Positions 53,749-62,780 are shown, counted from the stretch's first letter. The stretch: DNA of 64,000 nucleotides from Candidatus Elarobacter sp. (GCA_035939295.1 DASZGA010000005.1:1791-65790), one strand, 5' to 3'. Notes: generated by a model from the sequence alone, not told the origin. Translations and numbers: made by a program.

Positions 53749-54672
53749 TCAGATGAAGTCGGTGTAACCGAAGTGGTCGAGGTACTGCCCGGTCCGAGCG
53801 CGGATCTCTTCGCGTTCCTGCGCGCTCAGCTCTTCGGCGGTCGCCTTGTTCGCCTCCGGCGTCGCCGAGCGGATCGTGCCCCACGGGTACACCTGCTGGA
53901 GCGGCTTTCCGTTCCAGGAGGGCCGTTTGAGCGAGTCGGCGACCTCGAGCCCCAGCTTCTCGCAGAGGTTCCCGAGCGTCCGCTGCGGGTTGGCGAACAC
54001 GTCCTCGATGCGCACCACGTGCATGCGGTCCGGGAACTTTTTCTGGAACAGCAGCGCGTAGTACTGGTTCAGCGCCCAGCCCAACGTGTAGTGCTCGATC
54101 GACAGCGGAACGGCCCGCTTCTTGGTGTCGGCGTACGCGGACCACGGATTGCGCACGATGTGCAGCACGTGCGCGTTCGGCATGTCGGTGAGGATCTTGT
54201 CGGAGTCGACCCCGATGATCGGGCTGTACCCGACGTACACCTGCTCGCGGCCGGTGCGCGCGTAGTCCTTCCACGCTTCGAAGGTGGCGCGAAAGAACGC
54301 CTCGACGTTGTTCGGCCGCGAGCGCCCGATCTCGCCGACGATGCGCTCGTAGATCGCGGCGCGCTCGTCGTCGTTCATGTCGAAGGGATCGTCGCGGAAC
54401 TTGCTGACGTTCGGGGTGCGCGAACGCACCTTGCCTTCTTCGTCGATGATCGCTTTGTAGTCTTGGTGCGGCGTCGCGTGCAGCGCGAAGGTCGGCCAGC
54501 GGTACTTCAGCGGAAAGAGCGAGGACATGTAGTCGTGAACCATGCTCGTGCCGATCTGCGACTCGAACGGGTACACGAACATCTGCGGATGTCCGTCGAG
54601 GAAGCGATGCGTCGTATTTCCGCCGTTTTCATACATGGCGCCGATCATCAAGAGGCGGAAGGTCGGGTTCAA
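53749..54672 (-). CDS. Sulfotransferase-fold protein (divergent PAPS-binding loop)
   Basis: MIGAMYENGGNTTHRFLDGHP resembles GxxRSGTT..L..HP; HIVRNPW; VVRIED..NP..TL..LCEKLGL. Start set at TTG 54672 (GGGAG SD); the ORF track uses GTG 54711. Confidence 0.6.
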   Translation of the reverse strand: MNPTFRLLMIGAMYENGGNTTHRFLDGHPQMFVYPFESQIGTSMVHDYMSSLFPLKYRWPTFALHATPHQDYKAIIDEEGKVRSRTPNVSKFRDDPFDMNDDERAAIYERIVGEIGRSRPNNVEAFFRATFEAWKDYARTGREQVYVGYSPIIGVDSDKILTDMPNAHVLHIVRNPWSAYADTKKRAVPLSIEHYTLGWALNQYYALLFQKKFPDRMHVVRIEDVFANPQRTLGNLCEKLGLEVADSLKRPSWNGKPLQQVYPWGTIRSATPEANKATAEELSAQEREEIRARTGQYLDHFGYTDFI

Positions 54673-54701
54673 TTCGTGGACTCCCCAGGCATGACAGTTT
54701 G

Positions 54702-54720
54702 CCGCCGCCACAGGCGGCGG
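54702..54720. other. Perfect 8-bp GC inverted repeat (ccgccgcc-aca-ggcggcgg)
   Basis: Seen directly; lies between two co-directional genes and lacks a U-tract on the sense (minus) strand, so terminator function is doubtful. Confidence 0.4.
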
Positions 54721-54780
54721 GCTCGTTTTATCGCGTCCGCACGGTTGTCGGACGGGCGGCGAAAACCTTCGCGGCGCCGG

Positions 54781-55215
54781 TCAGAACGTTTTGACCTTCA
54801 CCAGCCCGACCGTTCCGCTGCCGAAGATGGCTTTCACCTTCTCGATGTTGTCGGGCTTGGCGAAGTAGGCGACCACGCTGCGGCCGGCCTGCAGCGCGTC
54901 GATGTAGTTGTCGAGCTCGTCGTCGGGGATCTCGAGATCGCCGAGGCGGTCGCCGAGCGCTTCGTTTCGGAAGTACCGCGTTCCGTAGCCGCCGGCGGTC
55001 GGGACGCCGCTGGTGACGCCCGGAACGCCCGTGCCCTGGCCGCCGCCGGTCATGAGGCCGGGGTTCGAGAGGCCGAGCGAAGAGGCGGCGCCCTGCGTCG
55101 AGTCGTCCGGCCCGATCAACTGGATCGGATCGAGCGGCAGGTCCGCTGCTTTGAGCGCCGTCTCGAGAGCGCTGATGTCGCCGCTTTGCGATATGCCGGT
55201 CACGACCAGACTCAC
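54781..55215 (-). CDS. Hypothetical protein, possibly general stress protein (YflT/17M-like)
   Basis: Strong GGGAGGAG SD before GTG; Gly-rich centre and LGDLEIPDDELDNYIDALQAGRSVV. Confidence 0.5.
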   Translation of the reverse strand: MSLVVTGISQSGDISALETALKAADLPLDPIQLIGPDDSTQGAASSLGLSNPGLMTGGGQGTGVPGVTSGVPTAGGYGTRYFRNEALGDRLGDLEIPDDELDNYIDALQAGRSVVAYFAKPDNIEKVKAIFGSGTVGLVKVKTF

Positions 55216-55303
55216 GAGGTACTCCTCCCGACGGGTTGCCGTTCTTTGCCGATGGTGCTACCGCGCGTTCGCGCTGCGCCCGCCGCGCATCCTTTTCGCG
55301 GCG

Positions 55304-56515
55304 TCAACGGGTTGCTTGGCGAACGGCCCGCGCGAGCCGCGCGATCCCTTCGGCGATGCGCGGTTCTGGCATCGCGGAGAAGTTGAGCCGCATCCCGTCG
55401 CCGCGCTCCTTGTTCGGATAGAACGGCCGGCCCGGAACGAAGACCACCGCATCGCGCACCGCGTGCCCGAAGAGCTCCTCCGTGTCGACGCCGCCGCCGA
55501 CGGTCGCCCACAGGAACATCCCGCCGTCCGGCTCGTTCCACCGCACGTGCGCCGGCATCTCGCGCGCGAGCGCGGCGATCATCGCGTCGCGCCGCGCGCG
55601 ATACGTCGCGCGGACGCGCCCGAGGTGCTCTTCGAGGCGCTGCTCGTTCTCGACGTACGCGTGGAAGACGTATTGCGCGTACGTGCTGGAGTGGAGATCC
55701 GCGCCTTGTTTCGCGGTGATGACGCGCTCGCGCAGCCGGCGGTCCGGGATCACCATCCACGCGACGCGCAGACCGGGCGCGACGATCTTCGAGCCGGTTC
55801 CGAGGTACGTCACCGCACCGCGCGCCGCGCCGGCGATCAGCGGCGGCGGCGCCGCGCCGGCGAACGAGAGCTCGCCGTACGGGTCGTCTTCGAGGATCGG
55901 CACGCCGAAGCGCGCGCAGATCTCGACGATCTGCGGCCGGCGTGCGGCGGCGAGCGTGTTCCCGGTCGGGTTCTCGTAGTTCGGAACCAGGTACAGAAAC
56001 TTCGGCAGCGTGCTCGCGCCGCCGAGCGCCGCCTCGAGCGCAGCGGGGATGATGCCGTCTCCGTCCGAGGCGATCGGCAGATAACCGGGCTCGTACGCGT
56101 CGAAGGCCTGAATCGCTCCCAGGTACGAGGGGTTCTCGAGCGCGACCAGGTCGCCGGCGTCGAGGAAAATGCGCGCGAACAGATCGAGCCCTTGTTGCGA
56201 GCCGCCGGTGATCACGACGTCGTCGGCGCTGATGTCGATACCGTGACGGCCGGATATCCGCGCGGCCACCCAGGCGCGCAGGCCGGCGATCCCGTCGGTG
56301 ACCGAGTACTGCAGCGCCGCGGCGCCGCGCGCGCGCATGACGCGGTCCTGCGCAGCCGAGATCTCCTCGACCGGGAAGAGCTCGGCGGCGGGCAAGCCGC
56401 CGCCGAACGAGATCACGCTGGGATCCTCGGTGACCTTCAGCATCTCGCGGATCGTCGAGGGCTTGAGCCGGTCGACGCGGCGAGCGAGGCGGTGCGCCCG
56501 GGTCACGGTGTCCAT
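55304..56515 (-). CDS. PLP-dependent class I aminotransferase (2-aminoadipate transaminase LysN-like)
   Basis: ATG 56515; STIREML, ISFGGGLP, LQYS, GGSQQGL, ENPSYLGA, PNYENPTG, EDDPYGEL, GTGSKIVAPGLR, P.GGMFLW, RLNFS. Confidence 0.9.
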   Translation of the reverse strand: MDTVTRAHRLARRVDRLKPSTIREMLKVTEDPSVISFGGGLPAAELFPVEEISAAQDRVMRARGAAALQYSVTDGIAGLRAWVAARISGRHGIDISADDVVITGGSQQGLDLFARIFLDAGDLVALENPSYLGAIQAFDAYEPGYLPIASDGDGIIPAALEAALGGASTLPKFLYLVPNYENPTGNTLAAARRPQIVEICARFGVPILEDDPYGELSFAGAAPPPLIAGAARGAVTYLGTGSKIVAPGLRVAWMVIPDRRLRERVITAKQGADLHSSTYAQYVFHAYVENEQRLEEHLGRVRATYRARRDAMIAALAREMPAHVRWNEPDGGMFLWATVGGGVDTEELFGHAVRDAVVFVPGRPFYPNKERGDGMRLNFSAMPEPRIAEGIARLARAVRQATR

Positions 56516-56635
56516 GGCCGGAGCTTTTCCCGGAAAAGACGTCGGGGGCCCGCCCGCCCAGCCGGACCGCAATTCCAATCGAACGCCAATCTGCGGAGGC
56601 GTTGAACGCCAGGAAGCTGCCGAAAATAGCTAGAT

Positions 56636-58021
56636 ATGGATGCGCGCGCCCACGAGGACGCTTTTGCCGCCGCCCGGGTCAAGCGCGGCGCGGGCGGCGT
56701 GAACGCGGTCTGCTACGATGTCGCGCAGCTCGGGCTCGGCGTCCGGCCGGACGATACCGACCACGTCATGATTCGGATCGAGTCGCCGGCTTTGGAGCAG
56801 TCGGCGCGGCGCGCGAGCGCCGAGGTCGAGCTGCGGCTGGAGATCGGCGTGGGCGCGCGGTACGCCGATTTCCGCATCGCGGGTCAAGCATACCGCCGGC
56901 ACCAGTTCTTGGTTCCGATCCACGAGCTTCGGGCCGCGCGCGGAATCGTTCGCCTCAGCTTGACGCCGGTGAAGTGGGACGCCCCCGAGCTGCCCGCGCT
57001 TTCCGTCGCGGCGAGCTATTGCAACAAAGAGCACTTGATCGGCGAGCTCGAGCAGCGGATGATCTGGATCTTCGGATCGGCTCGCGCGGGTACGACCTGG
57101 CTGCTGCGCGACATCCTCGGCGCGGTCCCCTCGAGGTCGCGAATCGAGGACGATGCCGGCGTGCGCCCGATCGACGAGACGGGTCTCGGTTTTCTGCTCG
57201 GCGCGGTCGAGCTCGATGCCGAACGCTTCTACGCCCTCCACCGAATCGAACCCGGCGCGAACGGCAGCCTCGAGCTCGCCGCGTCTCCGTTCGAGCGGCT
57301 CATCACCCGGCGCAGCGGGAAGGCCGAGTTCCTGGCCAATCCCCGAACGACGCACGTCATGAAGAGCGCGATCCGGGAGATCGTGTTCAACCACGTTCTC
57401 GTCCACTGGGGGCTGCTGGACTACGACTACGTTGCGCTCAAAGCGCCGAACGAGGGCCATGCGGCCGATCTGCTGATGAGCGCGTTGCCGGCGGCGCGCA
57501 TGCTCGTGATCATGCGGGACGGCCGCGATGCGCTGCGCTCGCGGTTCACGCCGTTCGCTTCGAGGACGCTGGCCGAGACGAGCGACGCCGGCTTACGCCG
57601 CTACGCCGTCGCGTACTATTCGCATCTCTGGAATTTCCAAACCGAGATCGTCGACCGAGCGTTCGACGCGCACGATCCGAGCCGCCGGCTGCGGGTGCGA
57701 TACGAGCACCTGCGCCAGGGCTCGTTCGACGCGTTTCGGTCGCTGTACCGATTCGTCGACGCGGGCCTTTCCGAGCCGGCCGTGCGCGCGGTGATGGAGC
57801 GGGTGCGCCTGGAGAACGTGCCGCACGACCAGCGCGGCCCGCACCTGCCTCAGCGCTCGGGCGAGATCGGCGGCTACCGCAGGTATTTCACGCGGGAAGA
57901 AGTTCTGCTCATGACGCGCATCATGGCAACAACGCTGCGCATGCACGGCTACGACGCGTCGCTCACCGGCGAGGGGCGCCGCTCCGTGGCGGGCGCCGTG
58001 CCGCTGCCGAGCGCGGGCTAG
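56636..58021 (+). CDS. Sulfotransferase-family protein with N-terminal accessory domain
   Basis: WIFGSARAGTTWL (5'-PSB loop), LKAP, IMRDGRDALRS (3'-PB), RVRYEHL, RSGEIGGYR. Confidence 0.75.
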   Translation: MDARAHEDAFAAARVKRGAGGVNAVCYDVAQLGLGVRPDDTDHVMIRIESPALEQSARRASAEVELRLEIGVGARYADFRIAGQAYRRHQFLVPIHELRAARGIVRLSLTPVKWDAPELPALSVAASYCNKEHLIGELEQRMIWIFGSARAGTTWLLRDILGAVPSRSRIEDDAGVRPIDETGLGFLLGAVELDAERFYALHRIEPGANGSLELAASPFERLITRRSGKAEFLANPRTTHVMKSAIREIVFNHVLVHWGLLDYDYVALKAPNEGHAADLLMSALPAARMLVIMRDGRDALRSRFTPFASRTLAETSDAGLRRYAVAYYSHLWNFQTEIVDRAFDAHDPSRRLRVRYEHLRQGSFDAFRSLYRFVDAGLSEPAVRAVMERVRLENVPHDQRGPHLPQRSGEIGGYRRYFTREEVLLMTRIMATTLRMHGYDASLTGEGRRSVAGAVPLPSAG

Positions 58022-58866
58022 CGCAGGTTCCGCATCGGCGGGCCGCCGATCGGGGCGCGCCGGACCGCCGAGTCGAGGGAGACCGAGCGGATGAAGGAGA
58101 GGATCGCCGCGCCCAGCCCGACCAGCCACACCAGCACCGAGACGAACCAGCCCACCAGCGGAACGATCTCGGCCGCCGAGACCACGATCAGCCCGAGGAC
58201 CAGCGCCAGGAACGGCGAGGGGGTCGAAGCGGGCACGACCAGCTCGCAGAGCCGCCGCCCGACCAGCAGCGCGACCGCCCCGGTCCCGATCCAGATCCCG
58301 ACGATCAGCGCGAAGATCTCCAGGAAGACCAGCGGGATCCCGATGATGCTGACAAACAGCAGGATCGCGATCGGGAAGACGGCGAGGACGGCGATGAACC
58401 CGGTCAGCGCGGAGAGCGCGGGGTGCTTCTCGACGCGGTCGAGCGCGACGCGCATCCGCAGCGGGAAGAGCAAGAACATCAGCACGACGACGGCGCTCGC
58501 GGCGAGCTTCACCAGCAGCCGGTGATCCTGTCCGGCGAGCACGCCGACGCCGCTGCCGAACGCCCACGGCAAGAACGCGCGCGCGCCTTCGTCGGCGCCG
58601 CTGTAGACGTGGCCGTCCACCCGGCCGTTGTCGAGGATCACGCAGTGCCCGAACGGCGCGTTGCAGTCGCCTTTGACCACGCCCGCGATCGTCGCGTCGC
58701 CGAACACGACGTTGACGTCGCCGTCGACGACGCGATCGGAACCGATGAAGACATCGTGCAGCGAGGTGACGCTTCCGTCGCGGGCGCGGGCGTCGGCGGG
58801 GAGCGCCTGCACCATCCCGAGGATCGCGAAGAACGCGGTGACGAGCGCGAAGAGGCGGGCGTTCAC
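58018..58866 (-). CDS. Membrane protein with bactofilin-like beta-helix, third gene of the ECF operon
   Basis: GTG 58866 coupled; signal/TM, VDGDVNVVFGDATIAGVVKGD repeats, then 4-5 TM helices (LVLGL....IPLVGW). Confidence 0.65.
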   Translation of the reverse strand: MNARLFALVTAFFAILGMVQALPADARARDGSVTSLHDVFIGSDRVVDGDVNVVFGDATIAGVVKGDCNAPFGHCVILDNGRVDGHVYSGADEGARAFLPWAFGSGVGVLAGQDHRLLVKLAASAVVVLMFLLFPLRMRVALDRVEKHPALSALTGFIAVLAVFPIAILLFVSIIGIPLVFLEIFALIVGIWIGTGAVALLVGRRLCELVVPASTPSPFLALVLGLIVVSAAEIVPLVGWFVSVLVWLVGLGAAILSFIRSVSLDSAVRRAPIGGPPMRNLR

Positions 58867-59402
58867 GGACGGATGCGCTCCGCCAAGCGCGGCCGCACCA
58901 CGGTGAAGCCGACGATCAGGGCGAGCGCGATCGCGATGTCCAGAACGATCGCGCCTCCGAGCAGCGTCCCGAGCGAACCGAAGTCGCCCAGCACGCGCGC
59001 GCCGGCGTGACCGAAGGTGCCGAAGGTGTGGAAGAGCTGCGAGCTCGCATCGAGCGCGGTCTCGCCGAAGGCGCGCATCGCCTGGCCGTCGAGCAGGAAC
59101 GCGGCGCCGATCAGCAGCCACGCCGCGACCAGGTACGAGACCAGGTACGCATAGATCGGAGCCGTCGAGACGTGCGGGCGCGGGAGCGTGCGGATCTCCG
59201 CCATCGTCGCGAACGTGAAGTTCTGCGGCAGCTCGACGTGACGCGGCGCGATGATCAGCGCGTCGACGACGCGCAGCTCGTCGAGCACGCCCTTGCAGCG
59301 GCCGCACGTGCCGAGATGGTTGAGCAGCTTCGCGCGCTGCACCGGAAGGAGCGTGTCGTCGAGGTAGGCCTCGAACAATGCCTCAGACGAGCTGCAGCTC
59401 AC
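58863..59402 (-). CDS. Zinc-finger (zf-HC2) anti-sigma factor
   Basis: MSC..E.L..YLD..L..HLGTCGRC motif followed by TM helices; adjacent to the ECF sigma. Confidence 0.88.
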   Translation of the reverse strand: MSCSSSEALFEAYLDDTLLPVQRAKLLNHLGTCGRCKGVLDELRVVDALIIAPRHVELPQNFTFATMAEIRTLPRPHVSTAPIYAYLVSYLVAAWLLIGAAFLLDGQAMRAFGETALDASSQLFHTFGTFGHAGARVLGDFGSLGTLLGGAIVLDIAIALALIVGFTVVRPRLAERIRP

Positions 59403-60039
59403 CGAGACCTCCGACCGCCCGGAATTTCCGGGTTGCGCATTTTCCCTCGGCGGTCTCCTCCCGCTCGCGCAGCTTGTGCGCGAGTGCGAGCTTGCCGCGG
59501 TGGATGAGCGTCTTGACGTTGCCGAGCGAGAGCCCCATCGTGGTCGCGATCGTCTGATAGTCCATGTTGTCGTAGAAGCGCAGCGCGAGCACCGTGCGCG
59601 TCCGCTCCGGCAGCTCGGCGAGCGCGGAGCGAACCTCGGCTTCGGCCTCGGCGCGCAGCACGCCGCCGGCCGGATCGGCCTCGCGCGACGCGTCGGGGAT
59701 CGTGTTCTCCAGCGTCTGCTCCTCGCCGAGCTCGGCTACCGCCGGGCGGCGCAGCGAGCGGCCGAGGAACGTCCGCACGACGTTGCGCGCGATGTGGTAG
59801 AGCCAGGTCGAGTAGCGGCCCAGGTCCGGGTTGAAGGTGCTCAGGTGCGCGTAGGCGCGCAGGAACGTCTCCTGCGTCAGGTCGGCGACGTCCGAGGGCT
59901 GGCGCACCGAGGCGCCGATGAACGAGGCGATCCCGCGCTTGTACCGCTCGACCAGGTGGCCGAAAGCGTCGCGGTCTCCGTCGAGAACCGCTTGGACGAG
60001 TCGTTCGTCCGTAACGTCGGGGACTGACTGCAGCGCCAT
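59383..60039 (-). CDS. ECF RNA polymerase sigma factor (SigW/RpoE-like)
   Basis: D..LV..G D.DAFG.LVERY, DLTQETFLRAY, STWLYHIARN, LAELPER.RTVLALRFY..MDYQ.IA...G..LGNVKTLIHRGK. Confidence 0.93.
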   Translation of the reverse strand: MALQSVPDVTDERLVQAVLDGDRDAFGHLVERYKRGIASFIGASVRQPSDVADLTQETFLRAYAHLSTFNPDLGRYSTWLYHIARNVVRTFLGRSLRRPAVAELGEEQTLENTIPDASREADPAGGVLRAEAEAEVRSALAELPERTRTVLALRFYDNMDYQTIATTMGLSLGNVKTLIHRGKLALAHKLREREETAEGKCATRKFRAVGGLGELQLV

Positions 60040-60048
60040 CCTACCCGC

Positions 60049-60078
60049 TCAGTACCAAGCCGGGCCGCCGAAGTTTCC
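60049..60078 (-). promoter_or_regulatory. Candidate ECF-sigma autoregulatory promoter
   Basis: On the minus strand GGAAACTT-N16-TACTGA (equivalently GGAAAC-N16-GGTA), 9 nt upstream of the sigma ATG; resembles ECF -35 AAC / -10 (C/G)GT elements. Confidence 0.5.
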
Positions 60079-60127
60079 ACCCCGGCACGGGAGAGTTTTC
60101 GCGCCCGGCCGAACACCGCGGGCCGTC

Positions 60128-61141
60128 ATGTCACATCGGCGCTGGCTGGTCACCGGGGGTCTGGGGTTCATCGGATCGTCCTTCGTTCGCTTGATGATTC
60201 GGGAGCGCCCGGACGTCGCGATCACCGTCCTGGACGCGATGACCTACGCCGGCAACCCCGCCAACGTCGCCGAGGTCGCCCACGACCCGCGCTACAGCTT
60301 CGTCAAGGGCGACATCGCCGACGCCGGCCGGGTCGACGAGGCGATCGGCGAGGGCGTCGACGCGATCGTCAACTTCGCCGCCGAGACGCACGTCGACCGC
60401 TCGATCCTCGACCCCGAGGCGTTCATCCGGACCGACGTGATGGGGACGCACGTGCTGCTCGAAGCGGTTCGGCGGCACGGGATCGCCCGCTTCCTTCAAG
60501 TCTCGACCGATGAGGTCTACGGCGACGTCGAAACCGGCGCCTCGACCGAAGCCGACCCGGTCCGCCCGCGCTCGCCGTACGCCGCCTCGAAAGCCGGCGG
60601 CGACCTGCAGGTCTTGGCCTATCACACCACCTTCGGGACCCCGGTGCTGGTGACGCGCGGCTCGAACACTTACGGGCCGTACCAGTATCCCGAGAAGCTG
60701 ATCCCGCTGTTCGTGACCAACCTGCTCGAGGCCGAGCAGGTCCCGGTCTACGGCGACGGGCTGCAGGTTCGCGACTGGCTGTACGTCGACGACCACGCGC
60801 GCGGGATCGCGCACGTCCTGGAGCACGGGACGCCGGGCGAGGTCTACAACGTGGGCGGCGGCAACAGCCGCACCAACATCACGATCACGCGCGAGCTGAT
60901 CCGGCTGTGCGGGCGCTCGTACGAGGAGAGCGTCAGGCACGTGACCGACCGCGCCGGCCACGACCGCCGCTACGCGCTCGACTGCACGAAGCTGCACGAG
61001 CTCGGCTGGTCGCCGCGCACGGAGTTCGCGAACGGTTTGGCGGAGACGGTGAGCTGGTACCGCGAGAACGAAGCCTGGTGGCGCCCGATAAAATCCGGCG
61101 AGTTCCGCGACTACTACCGCCGCCAGTACGCGCTGCGCTGA
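60128..61141 (+). CDS. rfbB: dTDP-glucose 4,6-dehydratase
   Basis: LVTGGLGFIGS, D.MTYAGN, NFAAETHVDRSI, QVSTDEVYG, SPYAASKA, SNTYGPYQYPEKLIP, VRDWLYV.DH, DR.GHDRRY. Confidence 0.95.
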   Translation: MSHRRWLVTGGLGFIGSSFVRLMIRERPDVAITVLDAMTYAGNPANVAEVAHDPRYSFVKGDIADAGRVDEAIGEGVDAIVNFAAETHVDRSILDPEAFIRTDVMGTHVLLEAVRRHGIARFLQVSTDEVYGDVETGASTEADPVRPRSPYAASKAGGDLQVLAYHTTFGTPVLVTRGSNTYGPYQYPEKLIPLFVTNLLEAEQVPVYGDGLQVRDWLYVDDHARGIAHVLEHGTPGEVYNVGGGNSRTNITITRELIRLCGRSYEESVRHVTDRAGHDRRYALDCTKLHELGWSPRTEFANGLAETVSWYRENEAWWRPIKSGEFRDYYRRQYALR

Positions 61142-61155
61142 AGAGAAAGATTTCC

Positions 61156-61896
61156 GTGAAAGGCATTATCCTTGCGGGTGGGCTCGGGTCGAGACTGCGG
61201 CCGCTCACGAAGGTGACGAATAAGCATCTGCTGCCGATCTACGACCGGCCGATGATCTACTATCCGCTGCAGACGCTGTGCGACGCCGGGATCACCGAGA
61301 TCATGATCGTGACCGGCGGCAACAATGCCGGCGACTTTCTGAAGCTGCTGGGAAACGGTCGCGAGTTCGGCCTGCCGCACATCGCGTACACCTATCAAGA
61401 AGGCGAAGGCGGAATCGCCGACGCGCTCAAGCTGTGCGAACACTTCGCCGCACGCGATTCGGTCGTGGTGATGCTGGGCGACAACATCATTCAGAACAGC
61501 ATCGCGCCGTTCGTCAAGCGCTTCGAATCGCAGCGCTCGGGCTGCCGGCTGCTGCTCAAGGAAGTCGACGACCCGGAGCGGTTCGGTGTGGCCGCCTTCG
61601 AGGGCGACCGCATCGTCGGGATCGAGGAGAAGCCGCGGACGCCGAAGACGCGCTTCGCCGTGACCGGCATCTACATGTACGACAACCGCGTGTTCGACTT
61701 CGCCCGCGACCTCAAGCCTTCGGCGCGCGGCGAGCTCGAGATCACCGACGTCAACAACGCCTACATCGCGGCCGGCGACTGCTACTACGACATGCTCGAC
61801 GGCTGGTGGACCGATGCCGGACAGTTCGAGTCGCTCTACCGCGCGACGCAGCTGGTCGCCGAGGAGCGGATGAAGAGCGCACTCGCTCCGGTATGA
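61156..61896 (+). CDS. rfbA: Glucose-1-phosphate thymidylyltransferase (short form)
   Basis: KGIILAGGLGSRLRPLT.VTNKHLLPIYDRPMI.YPL, LGDNI, FGVA, EEKP, SARGELEITD, W.DAG. Confidence 0.9.
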   Translation: MKGIILAGGLGSRLRPLTKVTNKHLLPIYDRPMIYYPLQTLCDAGITEIMIVTGGNNAGDFLKLLGNGREFGLPHIAYTYQEGEGGIADALKLCEHFAARDSVVVMLGDNIIQNSIAPFVKRFESQRSGCRLLLKEVDDPERFGVAAFEGDRIVGIEEKPRTPKTRFAVTGIYMYDNRVFDFARDLKPSARGELEITDVNNAYIAAGDCYYDMLDGWWTDAGQFESLYRATQLVAEERMKSALAPV

Positions 61897-62780
61897 GCGC
61901 AGCGCGCGTTCTGATCGTAGGCGGCTCGGGCCAGCTCGGTACGGCGTTGAGCCGTGAGCTCGGCGATCGCGAGCTGGTGATGCCCCCGCACGGCGCGCTC
62001 GCGTTCGAAGACGCCGGCGCGCTCGCGCGGCAGCTCGACGAGACCCGGCCCGACGTGGTGATCAACTGCGCCGCGTTTCACGCGGTCGACGCGTGCGAGG
62101 TCGAGCAGGAACGCGCGTTCGCGGTCAACGCGATCGCCGTCGGCCGCGCCGCGGCCGCGTGCGCGGCGCGCGGGATCGCGTTCGCGACGGTCAGCACGGA
62201 TTACGTCTTCGACGGCACGCTGGGCCGCCCGTACCGCGAAGACGACGTCGTGAACCCGCGCACCGCGTACGGCGTGTCGAAAGCGGCGGGCGAGCTGCTG
62301 GCGCGGCGGCACGGGCCGCGCCACTACGTCCTGCGCACCAGCGGGCTCTACGGAACGATCGGCAGCTCGAACAAGGGCTACACGCTGATCGAGAAGGTGC
62401 TGCAGCAGGCGGAGCGCGGGGAGCCCACGCGCATGGTCGCGGACATGACGTTCTCACCGTCGTTCGCGCCGCACGTCGCGCGCGCCGTGCGCGACCTGAT
62501 CGACCGCGAAGCGTTCGGCACGCATCACTTGACGAACGGCGGCGCGTGCACGTGGTACGAGTTCGTGCAGACGGCGTTCGCGAAAGCGGGCTACGCCGGC
62601 GCACCGCTCGAGCCCATCACCTACGCGTCGCTGGCGAACCCCACGCAGCGCCCGATGTGCTCGCCGCTCGAGAACACGACGTTCGCTCGGCTCGGCATCG
62701 AGCCGTTGCCGCACTGGGAAGCAGGGCTCGACGCGTTTCTCGCCGCCCGCCGTGCCGCGCCGGCACCGGCGCGCAGCTGA
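61893..62780 (+). CDS. rfbD: dTDP-4-dehydrorhamnose reductase
   Basis: ATG 61893 coupled; GGSGQLG, INCAAF.AVD.CE, STDYVFDG, Y.EDD..NP..AYG.SK..GE, LRTSGLYG, RP..S.L. Confidence 0.92.
   Translation: MSAARVLIVGGSGQLGTALSRELGDRELVMPPHGALAFEDAGALARQLDETRPDVVINCAAFHAVDACEVEQERAFAVNAIAVGRAAAACAARGIAFATVSTDYVFDGTLGRPYREDDVVNPRTAYGVSKAAGELLARRHGPRHYVLRTSGLYGTIGSSNKGYTLIEKVLQQAERGEPTRMVADMTFSPSFAPHVARAVRDLIDREAFGTHHLTNGGACTWYEFVQTAFAKAGYAGAPLEPITYASLANPTQRPMCSPLENTTFARLGIEPLPHWEAGLDAFLAARRAAPAPARS

Noticed and set aside
55280-55303. Short GC stem-loop after the aminotransferase stop
   Set aside because: Six-bp stem with a long loop and no U-tract; not supportable as a terminator.
56602-56636. Possible sigma70 promoter (TTGAAC plus AT-rich tract) before the second sulfotransferase
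   Set aside because: No TAnnnT hexamer at 16-18 nt spacing; too weak to call.
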